From: an uncultured Nitrososphaerota archaeon
Lineage (GTDB): Archaea; Thermoproteota; Nitrososphaeria; Conexivisphaerales; DTJL01
DNA length: 64,000 nt
Assembly (NCBI GenBank): GCA_963842885.1
Contig: CAWJIE010000005.1
Span: 461,927 to 525,926, forward strand
Direction: 5' to 3'
Shown here: one piece after another, positions 29,809 to 40,255 of the stretch
Position numbering within the stretch: the stretch's first letter is position 1
Layout: each line of letters opens with the position of its first letter
Translations under genes and position numbers: made by a program
Notes under the pieces: model-generated
Told to the model about the DNA's origin: nothing
Databases searched by the model: none
Seen by the model: only the letters and a program-made list of their open reading frames with translations

Positions 29809-30686
29809 GCCTCCAGTATCTCCTTCAGGACTGCCGCCGTCTGCACTTTCACAAGGTGCTTCCGGTACTCCGCGGTCCCAAGCACGTCGGTGACGGTCTC
29901 AACGGTCGCGTCAACGACCTTCAACGCCTCGCTGATGAGCTCTCCCACAGGCCTGTCCTGCTTGAAGACCTTCTCAGCTTCGAAGGCCTCAATGGGCATC
30001 AGATTGATGGCCCCATAGGCCAGCTTGACCATCCTCCTGGCTGGGTCGTTCCTGTTGACGACGAGGGCGCCAACGCTAGCGATGCTGAACTCCGTCCCCT
30101 TTGAGAACTTCAGGTAGCGGCTCACCGTGCCAGGCGCGGGCTCCGGGACGTGAACTGACCGGGCCAGCTCGTTAGGCTGCAGCGCGGTCTCCGCCGTGCC
30201 GATGATGAAGTCCTTGACCTTCACCCTCCTTTCGCCCTTCAGGGAGGAGATCACGACCTCCGCGTCGAAGAGGATCAGAGGAGGAGGGCTGTCAATCCAT
30301 GGAATCGCTTCGCAGAGGTCACCCAATAGCGTGGAGCGGTTCCTGAGGTTGGGGTCGCTGAGGTTCTTCACTGCGTCGTGGAGCGCAGTATACTTCTCCT
30401 TCAGGACCGGAAGATCGAGGAGCTCGGAGAGGGTCACAGCCGCACCTATGCTCAGGCCCTTCCCCCTTTCGGCCGACAACTCGCGAAGCTCGGGTATCCC
30501 CTTTATGTCGAGGACGTATTTGCAGTCGATAAGGCGCTCCTTCATGAATGCCAGGAGGCCCACGCCTCCCGCCATGACCTTGGTGTCCTCTCCCTTTTCG
30601 TCGAGAAACTCCAGGGCCTCCGTGAGCGTCTTAGGCTTCACATACTCGAACTCCGGAATGGTAAAGTAGGGAGACCCGAAGCTCAA
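29805..30686 (-). CDS. Molybdenum hydroxylase FAD subunit (CoxM/XdhB-like)
   Basis: MAGG, SIGAAVT, RNRSTLLGD, TAEYR. Confidence 0.9.
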   Translation of the reverse strand: MSFGSPYFTIPEFEYVKPKTLTEALEFLDEKGEDTKVMAGGVGLLAFMKERLIDCKYVLDIKGIPELRELSAERGKGLSIGAAVTLSELLDLPVLKEKYTALHDAVKNLSDPNLRNRSTLLGDLCEAIPWIDSPPPLILFDAEVVISSLKGERRVKVKDFIIGTAETALQPNELARSVHVPEPAPGTVSRYLKFSKGTEFSIASVGALVVNRNDPARRMVKLAYGAINLMPIEAFEAEKVFKQDRPVGELISEALKVVDATVETVTDVLGTAEYRKHLVKVQTAAVLKEILEA

Positions 30687-33076
30687 GAAGACACCCCCTT
30701 GGCCTTGTACGAAAGGAACTTCTCCGTGGCTTCCTCGATGAGTTCAGGCCTCTGAGCCTTTATCGCCTGCCAGACGTTCTCTGAATTCATCGGAAGGGTC
30801 TCCATCCTGACGCCTATCGAATCGAAGATGGCGTTGGCGATGGCCGGCGCGGTGGCGATCATCACCATCTCACCTATCCCGCGGGCTCCCAGAGGTCCGT
30901 CGGACTGCGGCGTCTCTACGCAGTACTTGTCGATAGCGTCGGGGATATCCTTGCATCGTGGGACGTAATAGTTCGTGAAGTTGGGATTCATCACCCATCC
31001 CTGCTCGTCGAACTTCAGGCCTTCATAGAGGGCCACTCCCTGCCCCATTATGAAGCCCCCGTCCATCTGCCCGTCCAACATGAGCTTGTTGATGATCTTT
31101 CCCACGTCGTAGACCTGCACACCCTTCAGGATGCGGATTTCACCCGTCAGCAGGTCCAGCTCGATCTCCACCCCTGTTCCTCCGAACGTGTGGAAGATCG
31201 TGGGGACGCCTTGCCCCGTGTCGGGGTCAAGGTAGGAATTCAGGATTGACATGAAGGTGCCCTTCCCGACGATGGGCCCTCCGATGGCGTTGCCGTTGGG
31301 GTAGGTGTAGCCCAGCACGAAGTCACTAAGAGGAGCGCTGATCCATGGCCTGGCGCGGACGAACACCTTGCCGTCTCCGAACATGACGTCATCGGCGGGG
31401 ACCCGGAACACCTGGAGAGCGACGTCGGTGATCTGCCTCTTGGCGTCCTTTATCGCGTTCAGAAGGGAGTTGGCGTCAGTGAAAAGCCCCCTGCTCCCCA
31501 CCGTCTGCCAAGTATACGGCACGCTGTCCGTGCTGCGCAGGTTGGAGACCCTCACCTTCTCCAACGGGAGGCCGAACTCCTCGGCCGCTATCATGCACAG
31601 AGAGGTGGTGGTTCCCTGCCCGAAGCTGCCCGTCCCTATCATTATGTCGATGCTCGTGTCCTCGTTGAACTTGAGTAGGGCCGAAGCGGCCGCGTTGGGA
31701 GGCTGCGAAGGCCCCTTCAGGCTCAATGCGAAGCCCTTTGCCCTGACCTTCCAGGGCTCCTTGGGCTGCTCCTCCTTGTCGAAGTACTTTAGGCCGTCCA
31801 CCACGGTCCTCAGAACCTTCTCGGGGTCGCCCGCGTCCAGCCTGATCTTCTCGCCGGTGGCAGTCGTCGACTCTCCTGGCTTCGCGATGTTGAGAAGTCT
31901 CATCTTGAACGGGTCGAGGCCCAGTTTCTTGGCGGCGTGGTCGATTATCTGCTCCAGCGCCCAGTGGCTCTCGGGATAGCCGAAGCCCCTCATCGCCGTG
32001 GTGCAGACCTTGTTCGTGTACACTGCCAGCGAGAGGATGTGGACGTTGTGGATCTCGTAAGACCCCTCGCCAGAGTACCCGGCCGTCCTCGAAACGTTCA
32101 CCGTGTAGTCCGCGTAACCACCGGCGTCCATGACGAACTTGGCGTCGTAAGCCGTGATGGTGCCGTCCTTCTTGAAACCCGCCTTCACATGAGCATAGAA
32201 GGCCTCCCTGACAGCCGCGGAGGCGAACTGATCGCGCCTCGAGAGGATGAGCTTGACTGGCCTGTTCCCCGCTTTCTTCGACAACATGGCGACAAGAGCC
32301 TCCCAACCCAGGCCCGCCTTCCCACCGAAACCGCCGCCAACGAACGGCACGCGGATTATGATGTTGTTGACGGGGATGCCGAGAGAGAGGGCCATGAGGT
32401 ACCTGGTGGCGAAGGCCGACTGGGCGCTCGTCCAGACCTCTATGGTGCCGTCCTTGTGGTAGTCAGCGATGACCACCTGGGTCTCCATGAATCCATGGCT
32501 GACGTAGGGCATCTTGAAGTCCTCCTCAAGGACGAGGTCGGCCTCCTTGAAGCCCACGCCGACGTCCCCGTGCTTCAGTTCGAAGCTATTGGCGATGTTC
32601 GTCCCGGGGAGAGGCTTGAAGGCGGGCATGATCCGGTATTCGCCCAGCTTCTCATGGAGCAGGGTTGCGTTGGGCTTCATGGCTTCCTCCACCGTGAAGA
32701 CGGTGGGGAGGAGTTCGTATTCCACGTCGACCTTCTCCGCCGCCTCCTCGGCCGACCGCATGGATTCGGCTATCACGGCGGCCACCGGATGCCCGACCCA
32801 CCTGACCTTGTCGATGGCAAGGATGTCCCTGTCCCCTACGTAGATGCCAAGCCTGAAGGGGAAGTCCTGGCCGGTGGCTATGGCCACCACCCCAGGCACC
32901 TTCGACGCTTCTGAGGTGTCTATCTTCACGATCTTGGCATGCGCGACATTGCTAACGACGAGTTTCGCGTAAAGCATCCCCGGCAGCTCCATGTCGAAGG
33001 TGTAGACGGCCGTGCCGGTCACCTTCAGATGGGAGTCAAGCTGGGGAATGGATTTACCTATGTATCTTGCTGTCAA
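30683..33076 (-). CDS. Xanthine dehydrogenase-family molybdopterin large subunit
   Basis: VGGGFGGK, AMRGFG, GQG, TVGSRG, GARGIGE. Confidence 0.93.
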   Translation of the reverse strand: MTARYIGKSIPQLDSHLKVTGTAVYTFDMELPGMLYAKLVVSNVAHAKIVKIDTSEASKVPGVVAIATGQDFPFRLGIYVGDRDILAIDKVRWVGHPVAAVIAESMRSAEEAAEKVDVEYELLPTVFTVEEAMKPNATLLHEKLGEYRIMPAFKPLPGTNIANSFELKHGDVGVGFKEADLVLEEDFKMPYVSHGFMETQVVIADYHKDGTIEVWTSAQSAFATRYLMALSLGIPVNNIIIRVPFVGGGFGGKAGLGWEALVAMLSKKAGNRPVKLILSRRDQFASAAVREAFYAHVKAGFKKDGTITAYDAKFVMDAGGYADYTVNVSRTAGYSGEGSYEIHNVHILSLAVYTNKVCTTAMRGFGYPESHWALEQIIDHAAKKLGLDPFKMRLLNIAKPGESTTATGEKIRLDAGDPEKVLRTVVDGLKYFDKEEQPKEPWKVRAKGFALSLKGPSQPPNAAASALLKFNEDTSIDIMIGTGSFGQGTTTSLCMIAAEEFGLPLEKVRVSNLRSTDSVPYTWQTVGSRGLFTDANSLLNAIKDAKRQITDVALQVFRVPADDVMFGDGKVFVRARPWISAPLSDFVLGYTYPNGNAIGGPIVGKGTFMSILNSYLDPDTGQGVPTIFHTFGGTGVEIELDLLTGEIRILKGVQVYDVGKIINKLMLDGQMDGGFIMGQGVALYEGLKFDEQGWVMNPNFTNYYVPRCKDIPDAIDKYCVETPQSDGPLGARGIGEMVMIATAPAIANAIFDSIGVRMETLPMNSENVWQAIKAQRPELIEEATEKFLSYKAKGVSS

Positions 33077-33223
33077 AAACTTCGCCTAGACGAAGGGTAG
33101 GACAATATTAAACAGAATAAAAACGTATCGTCTCGTCGTGGGCTGCCGGGTAGGCCGATGCCAAGACGAGACAGAGTTGTGCACCGACGCGAGGGCTCAT
33201 GATGACAGATGCGGAGGAGTTGC

Positions 33224-33661
33224 CTATGAGAGCTTGGTCTGGACGCAGGAGAAGATCTGGTCCACCATCTTCTTAGCGGCACCCTCCACCATCGGAGCAG
33301 CGAGGCTTCCCAGAGGGCCGCTGACCTTGGCCTCGGAAGTGTACTCGATTTGAGACCCGCCGGCAGCGGCGTCCTTGAGGTCGATCAGGACATCCGCGTT
33401 GAAGGAGCTGGCGGCCCCCGAGCCCGATATCAAGAGCTTCGCGTGGTAGTTGACCTTATCGTTCTCAGCAATCACGCAAGTCACGGCGAACGTGCCTCTG
33501 ATGAAGCCGACGCCGGCCTTAATCCGAGCCTTTATGGTGTTGCCATCGATGCGGCTCTCCTGCAGGCCAGGGAGGCACGTCACGATCTTCTCAGGGGTGG
33601 AGACGAAGTCCCACGTCTTGATCTTGTCCGACGGCACGATGAAACTGCCCTTGATAAGCAT
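33224..33661 (-). CDS. coxG: CoxG / SRPBCC family protein
   Basis: WDFVSTPEKIVTCLPG, VSGPLGSL; adjacent to the L subunit. Confidence 0.85.
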   Translation of the reverse strand: MLIKGSFIVPSDKIKTWDFVSTPEKIVTCLPGLQESRIDGNTIKARIKAGVGFIRGTFAVTCVIAENDKVNYHAKLLISGSGAASSFNADVLIDLKDAAAGGSQIEYTSEAKVSGPLGSLAAPMVEGAAKKMVDQIFSCVQTKLS

Positions 33662-33803
33662 GAGATATCGGCTTCTCGAAAGAAGTATTTCCGTATTTAA
33701 GCCTTCCCGCTACCTTAAGGTGGGAGAGCGCCTCACATCGACGAAGGCGGCCGGGAAGACGCTCTAGCCAACAAATGAAAAAACCAGAAAAAACTGATGC
33801 GAT

Positions 33804-34612
33804 CTACTTGTTGTAGTCGAAGGCAACGACTCTTGCGAAGGCAGCCTCTCCGCCCTTGAATAGGAATGGGAAGCAGCCGATTGTAGTGCGGACCGCCTTC
33901 TTTCCACCCAAGACTTCCTCGATCTGGCCGCCCAGGTTCTCCATGTGTATGCAATCGCGCGGGAAGAGGATGTTGTGCGTGACCTGGTAGTCCTCCGGAG
34001 GGAAGAGCTTGGCCAGGTTCTGCTCGCCGAACTTCGCAGCGGCAGCCGCCCTGACCTTGTCGCTCACTCTTGGCAGGAACCTTCCGATTGGTAGGTTCAT
34101 CGGGTGGTCCGTCGAAACGGCGTCCAGTCCCCAGATGTGTATCTTCTTCCTGAGGAGGTATTCGCAGAAGGACCTCGTCGGGCCTGGGTGCATGTGGATG
34201 TAGCGCTCTTCGTCAGCTGTGCCTTCGGGCTTCGGCTTCTGATACCAGGCGTACTTGCTCCAGCCGGTATAGAGCACAAGGATGTCTCCGTCCTTGACTC
34301 CGCCGGCTGCCTTGGCGTTCCTCTCGACGATCTCCTCGGTGTAGATCCCGAGGTCACCCACTTCGCTGACATCGACGATAATGCCCGGGCCGTAGAGCCA
34401 CTCGAGTGGTATCTGGTCGATGGTCTTTCCGTTCGTCACGAAGTGCAGCGGGGCGTCAAGGTGCGTTCCTATGTGCATCGCAGTCTGGATGTACTGCGCG
34501 TTTACGCCGTGCTCCGGCTTCCTCTTGATGAACTTTACTTCGAAGGGAGGGTAGAGGGGCCAGAAGGGCGTTTCCTGGTTCAGAGGTTGTGACAGATCAT
34601 AAAGCTTCGTCA
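33804..34612 (-). CDS. Cyclase family metal-dependent amidohydrolase (kynurenine formamidase-like)
   Basis: DLSQP, HIGTHLDAPLH, YTGW, HMENL. Confidence 0.9.
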
Positions 34613-34943
34613 TGCCCGTATCTCCATGAGATGGCACAGGATCGTAAACATATAAGCATTGCTTCGATATGCTGCCTGCACAAAATGCAATTCTAGTGCC
34701 TATTCATGCATATCTTGCGCCGAACCTCTTACCGCTTGCGCGAGGTCCTCAGGCGGGCCGTATGCCTCTGGAACGTGATGGGCCATGTCCGTCAGGACAG
34801 TTCCTTCACGGCCACTCTGAGTTTCCGCTTGGACAGTCTCGAGAGCAACTGGCGAGTCCGCCTTCCTTTCCGTCTTAGTCCTTCTCCTTTTCCGTCCTTC
34901 GCATCTGGCACAACTTACCCAAACTTTCCCACCCCACTGCCTT

Positions 34944-35395
34944 TTACGGCTTTTTTCGCGCGATTTGAGAACCTCCTGGCGACGAGCTGTTGATTTCTTC
35001 TGCTGGTCTGCAGGCTGTTTTACGTCCTTTGGGTGCCTATCTTGAGCTACTACATGCGGTTTCTAAAGCCGTAAAATGCCGTAAAGATGCCGTAATGGAA
35101 AAAGGCCGCAATGCCGTAATGCCGTAAAGGTCCAAAGGCTTTGTATCACCACTTCAAGTGGTAATACACAGTGGCCATTGTCCAACACAACGCCATCGCC
35201 GACGGGCGACAAGGAAAGCGAAACCCGAACAGAAGGGAGCACGACATCTCCTAAAGCCGTAATGCCAGCGTCTAAACGCCGTAATTCCCCCGCCGAACAA
35301 GGCAGCAAAGCCGTAATTACGGCCTCTGGACCCCCTGAACCCAAGATTACGGCCTCTGAAAATGCCGTAATGTCAGGGTCTAAACGCCGTACGGC
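34944..35395. repeat. Array of about a dozen GCCGTAA heptamers in both orientations
   Basis: Forward copies at 35068, 35078, 35089, 35113, 35121, 35256, 35278, 35310, 35364; reverse at 34944, 35317, 35347; palindromes at 35310-35323 and 35386-35395. Confidence 0.85.
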
Positions 35396-35619
35396 CCCGC
35401 CCAAGCAAGGTTCTACACCCAAGGCTACGCCCTCTACACCCTCCTCCACACCCTCATCACCTCACCCTGCACAAGCCGCCAGCACCCTAGACCAGGGGCC
35501 GACGCATCCCCAGAAAGCAGCCCGACGCTTGGTGACGCCTCCCCGACGACTCCTCAGGTGCCGACGCCTCCAATTACGCAGACATGGATGAGGATGACCC
35601 AGGGACGAAAGAGAAATCC

Positions 35620-36050
35620 TTAGGAACGTTCAGAGGCCTGTGTCCTGGGGTTGTTCCAGAACCACTGCATCCTGGGCGGTTCGATGTCCTCCTGCCAGAG
35701 CAGGGCGATCAGTTCGCCCATGTGGTATAACTGTTCCGTGGATGACTGCAACAAACACTCCTCGACCGAAAGGTCAAAGGACCCGGAATGAACCGTGAAG
35801 TTCACCCGCCTTCCTAGCTCGTTCTCGTCTGTCCTCTCGATGTAGGCATTGGTCTTCTTCTCGACCTCATCGAGGTGCTCTCTGATCATCAAAATGTCCT
35901 TGTACTCCTCCCAGTCGCGCTCCCTCTTGTATCCAGGGACCTTGAGGTGATCTGGCCGCTGACGACCTCCCAGGGCAAGCTTGCCAGCTTCTCCAGAAAT
36001 GCCCGTCTCACCGTTGAGGAGTACTGGTGGAGTTCACTGATTGTGAACAT
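35620..36050 (-). pseudogene. DinB/YfiT-like protein, frameshifted with apparent internal deletion
   Basis: N-terminal MFTISELHQYSSTVRRAFLEKL and C-terminal TEQLYHMGELIALLWQ..PP are in different frames; the first His motif is missing. Confidence 0.65.
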
Positions 36051-36390
36051 ATATAACGAGTCTCCAGTCAAGAGATAAAACCGTTTGCCTTGATTCAACT
36101 CGTCGCCTCTGGTTCTGGCGGAACCTGGTTCTCGAACTCACCCATTGCATGAAGAAAGAGCCCTTGAGAACGTGCGATTTTGGTCAAACATCTTACACAG
36201 ATGACATGGAAACTGCATAATGCCTTAATCCCCGTGTTAACTCAGGATTCTCTCTGTAACCTGCGAATCCGACAATACTGAGGTCTCGTTGAGCAACATA
36301 TACAGGCCCATTATGCGTATTGTTGCAGTAATTTCTGGACGACAAAAGCTTATATAAGCCGCGCCTGCAAATGAGAAAAGGCGAATTCTA

Positions 36391-37854
36391 TTGGCTACGG
36401 AAACAGAAATCAAACCTGAAGGTTACGTAGAAAATCAAGCGCTACTCCCCGTGAAGATGAGCGACAGGACCTACGGCCTTAGGACCTTCTCCTTCATGAT
36501 GTTCGGCCTGAACACTTGCATCCCCATGTTCTTCCTAGGATCGATTTCATATGGACTCGGGCTGAGCCCGTTCGAGATGGTCATGGCCGCGTTCCTGGGC
36601 AACTTCTTCGCCGTGTTAGCCATGCTCCTTAACTCCCACGCGGGCGTTAAGTATGGCATCCCCTACCCAGTACAGGCCCGTGAAGCGTTCGGCTTCCTGG
36701 GACAATATATCCCGACTCTGTTCAGGGGAATCGTAGGAGCTGGCTGGTTCGGAATCGAGATCTTCGCCGGCTCGTTGGCCCTCACCGACATCATCCTCTA
36801 TGCTATCGGCGTCAGCAACCCCTCTGCAACGGCGTATACATATGTGACCATATTCATCGTCCTCTATCTCATCGCAGCCTACTTTACCCTAGGCGCAGGC
36901 CTGAAGGGCATCGGAATCGTCGCCGACTACGGCGGCCCCCTGATGCTCCTCTACTTCGTCTGGCTGGTCTACTTCATCAGCACCCAACCCTCTTCCACTG
37001 TATTCAAAATCCCCGTCGGCGTTGGGTTCGCCAGCGCCAGTTTCGCTACGATGCTGGGCATCCAGACGAACTGGTGGGCGACCATGGCAATCAACATCTC
37101 CGACCTCTCCAGAGGTGCGAAGAAGTACAGCTCCGTGATAGTCGGATCGATGCTGGGCATCGTGATCGGGCAGATCGTCGGAACATCGTGCGGGTACTAC
37201 CTATCGGCTTTCACCGGCTATATCCTGCCGCAGGACATCATCCTGCACTTTGCACCTGGAGCAATCGCAATCATCCTCGGTCTGTTCTTCGCGTTCCTGG
37301 CGCCGTTTTCAACGGACGTCACAGCTAACATGCCCGCTCTGACCAACATCTTCACCTCCATCTTCAAGCTGAAGTGGAAGTTGGGTGTGCTGGCCGCATG
37401 CATAGTCGGCTTCTTCGTAACGCCGTGGTGGATGGTCGTGACCGCAGCGAACGCCACCCAAGCTGCTACGAACGCCGGCAACTACCTGGGTTATGTGCAG
37501 AACTTCGCAGGTGCTTACGGACTCATCCTCGGACCTATCGCGGGCATTCTGATCGCCAGCTACTGGATCATGCGGAAGTCGAACCTCGACATGAAGCGGT
37601 TGTACACCAAGGGCCAAGGAGGCTACTGGTACCACGGAGGCGTCAGGTACTCGGGAATCATCGCACTGTTCGCTGCTATCATTCTCAACTACGTCCTCGC
37701 TTACGCCCTACCCAACGTGGTAGGGATAGGCGTAACGTCGACCAAGTTCTACTCAGTCTCGTTTGCTACACCTGGACAGCTCGCATGGTATACCGGTGTG
37801 ATCATGGGCTTCGTACTGATGCTGGTCCTGAACGCTGTGACCAAGGAAAACTAG
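36391..37854 (+). CDS. NCS1 nucleobase/allantoin/cytosine permease
   Basis: GVKYGIPYPVQAREAFG, GAGWFG, WATMAINISDLSR, TPW, GPIAGILIA; about 12 TM helices. Confidence 0.9.
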   Translation: MATETEIKPEGYVENQALLPVKMSDRTYGLRTFSFMMFGLNTCIPMFFLGSISYGLGLSPFEMVMAAFLGNFFAVLAMLLNSHAGVKYGIPYPVQAREAFGFLGQYIPTLFRGIVGAGWFGIEIFAGSLALTDIILYAIGVSNPSATAYTYVTIFIVLYLIAAYFTLGAGLKGIGIVADYGGPLMLLYFVWLVYFISTQPSSTVFKIPVGVGFASASFATMLGIQTNWWATMAINISDLSRGAKKYSSVIVGSMLGIVIGQIVGTSCGYYLSAFTGYILPQDIILHFAPGAIAIILGLFFAFLAPFSTDVTANMPALTNIFTSIFKLKWKLGVLAACIVGFFVTPWWMVVTAANATQAATNAGNYLGYVQNFAGAYGLILGPIAGILIASYWIMRKSNLDMKRLYTKGQGGYWYHGGVRYSGIIALFAAIILNYVLAYALPNVVGIGVTSTKFYSVSFATPGQLAWYTGVIMGFVLMLVLNAVTKEN

Positions 37855-37992
37855 ACCGTCCCCTTTCAATACTCAGAACTTTTTTGTTTATTCGTCCTGC
37901 TTAGCGTCAGCAAGGACCCTCCGAGGCGCTGGCCGAAGCGCCAGGTCGGGCAAGGGTTAAAAGCGACTTTCCCCCACGAGAGCGAGACCTTC

Positions 37993-38559
37993 ATGGAGGA
38001 GCTGATGAAGTGCACCTTCAAGTGTTGGAAGAACGGCGAATTCAAGACCTTCCGGGTGATCCACGCCACGGTCTTCTACGACGCTGACAGGGACTGGATC
38101 GTAACCAAGGTCGGCAAGTCGGTGAAGAGCTCTTACAAGCTCTCCAACGTCACCGATGTCCAGCAAGCTTACTGGGGGACCTACCTTCCCCACCACATGG
38201 TTACCGTCTGGATGACCGACGACGACGGTAACCACTTCCAGTTCGACTACGACGGATGGAACGCCCCGAAGGTATATCTGAGGATGAAGGCATTGGCAGA
38301 GGCCTCCAGCCCGCACCTGCGGGCTCGCCCCAAAGTGCTCGCCCTCCTGGAATCCAATGAGAGCGTCCCCCTCAAGGAAGTGCTCGAACGCCTCCCCGAA
38401 AGGGAAGCGAGAAAGGGGATCGACGCCGCTCGCGAGGTCGTGCAGCATCTAATCGAAACCAACGCGGTGATAGGCCACATCCAAGGGGACCTGTTCGTCC
38501 GCGAAGGCGTCGCGGAGGGCGGCTTTCAAGACGCTGCCGCTGGGCCCGGTCGGGAATGA
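37993..38559 (+). CDS. Hypothetical protein with C-terminal winged-helix/PCI-like segment
   Basis: 188-aa ORF with host-like codons and an upstream TTAAAA box; VVQHLIETNAVIGHI. Confidence 0.6.
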   Translation: MEELMKCTFKCWKNGEFKTFRVIHATVFYDADRDWIVTKVGKSVKSSYKLSNVTDVQQAYWGTYLPHHMVTVWMTDDDGNHFQFDYDGWNAPKVYLRMKALAEASSPHLRARPKVLALLESNESVPLKEVLERLPEREARKGIDAAREVVQHLIETNAVIGHIQGDLFVREGVAEGGFQDAAAGPGRE

Positions 38560-38596
38560 TCTCGCGGCCGCGAGGCCTCCAATCTCCGGCCTCGAC

Positions 38597-40223
38597 GTGA
38601 CGGCAAACTTAAGAGGGCGTCCGACTGAAACACGCCCGTTCACATTGCCAGAGCCATCAGATCATGGGGACCCATTCTCGGACCTGCGGGAGCTCCGTGC
38701 CGGCGTGGAAAAGCTCACGACAGGTGAAAAGGCCTCATCGCAGCATGCCAAGGGGAAGCTGACGGCGAGGGAGAGGATCAACCTCCTGGCCGACGAAGGT
38801 TCGTTCGTGGAGCTCGATGCCTTCAAGATGCCCTTCGGGGAGGAGTTCGCGAAGGGGAAGACTAACATGCTGGGCGACGGCCTGGTGATGGGCTACTGCT
38901 CGATAGACGGGAGGACTGTAGTGGCCTTCGCCGAGGACTTCACGTACATGGGAGGCTCCATGGGACGGACTCACCTTGAGAAGATCGCCAAGGCCATCGC
39001 CCTCGCGATGGAGATGAACGTGCCCGTCGTGGGGCTCTACGATTCTGGAGGCGCCAGGATCCAGGAAGGGGTGCAGTCTCTCGCCGAGATGGGTGCGATG
39101 TTCTACAACAACGTCATGGCTTCGGGGGTAATCCCCCAGATAGCCGTCGTCATGGGGCCCTCTGCGGGAGGGGCCTGCTACAGCCCCGCCCTCAACGACT
39201 TCGTCATAATGGTGGAGAAGACGTCATACATGTTCATCACCGGCCCCAAAGTGGTCAAGAGCGTAACTGGCGAAGACATCGACTCAGACGGCCTGGGAGG
39301 GCCCAAGGTCCATGCCTCGGGCAGCGGCGTAGCTACCTTCTCTGCCGCAAGCGACGCGGACGCCTTGAAGCTCGTTAAGAACCATCCTGTCCTACCTTCC
39401 CTCCAGTCACCTGGTGTCACCGCCCGTCTCTTCATCACAGCTAGAGGCGGGTGCCACGGACGCGTCGGTGAACGGCCTCATACCGCTGAACCCGAAGAAG
39501 TCCTACGACGTGAGACGTTTGGTCAGGGCCATCTTCGACAGGGACAGCTTCTTCGAAGTTGCGCCCGGCTACGCGAGGAATGGAGTGGTAGGGTTCGCCC
39601 GCCTGCTGGGGAGAGCCGTGGGTATCGTGGCGACTCAGCCCATGGTCCTGGGAGGCGTATTGGACATAGACGTCTCGGACAAGATATCTCGCTTCGTCAG
39701 ACTCTGCGACTCTTTCAACCTCCCACTGATCACGTTCGTCGACACTCCTGGTTACATGCCCGGAAGGGCACAGGAGCACGGAGGCATCATCCGCCATGGC
39801 GCCAAGGTAATCTATGCTTACAGCGAGGCTACCGTTCCCAAGATCACCATCGTCGTGAGGAAAGCGTACGGAGGCGCCTACATCGCCCTCTGCAGCAAGA
39901 AGCTTGGTGCGGACCTGGTCCTGGCCTATCCAACCGCGGAGATCGCCGTGATGGGAGCCGAAGGAGGCATCGAAATCATAAGGAAGAGAGAGCTGGAGGC
40001 CGTCCCCCCGGAGGGGAAGGAGGAGGCGTTCGCCAGGATGGTGGAGGAGTACCGCGGCGAATACATGAACCCGTACATCTCAGCGGCCAAAGGCTATGTG
40101 GACACCGTCATCGAGCCGGCTGCCACGAGGGAATCGCTGGCTTCGGCCCTCGGAAGGCTGACCGCCAACAAGAGGAGGAAGAACGCCAAGCCTCGGGGTG
40201 TCCACGGAAACATCCCGCTTTAG
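38597..40223 (+). CDS. Acyl-CoA carboxyltransferase (PccB/MmdA family); frameshifted (~39380)
   Basis: GKLTARERI, GGSMG, DSGGARIQEG, FITGP, then FVDTPG..GIIRHGAK, KAYGGAY, HGNIPL. Confidence 0.92.
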
Positions 40224-40255
40224 CCTCGAAGCTCATAAACCTCTGGCAAGCGAAT

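Noticed and set aside
29329-33661. Aerobic CO dehydrogenase (coxLMS + coxG)
   Set aside because: The active-site loop is AMRGFG, not AYRCSFR (form I) or AYRGAGR (form II)
35063-35591. ORFs 35178-35591 (+) and 35063-35449 (-) as real genes
   Set aside because: Low-complexity translations of the DNA repeats, which occur in several frames and both orientations
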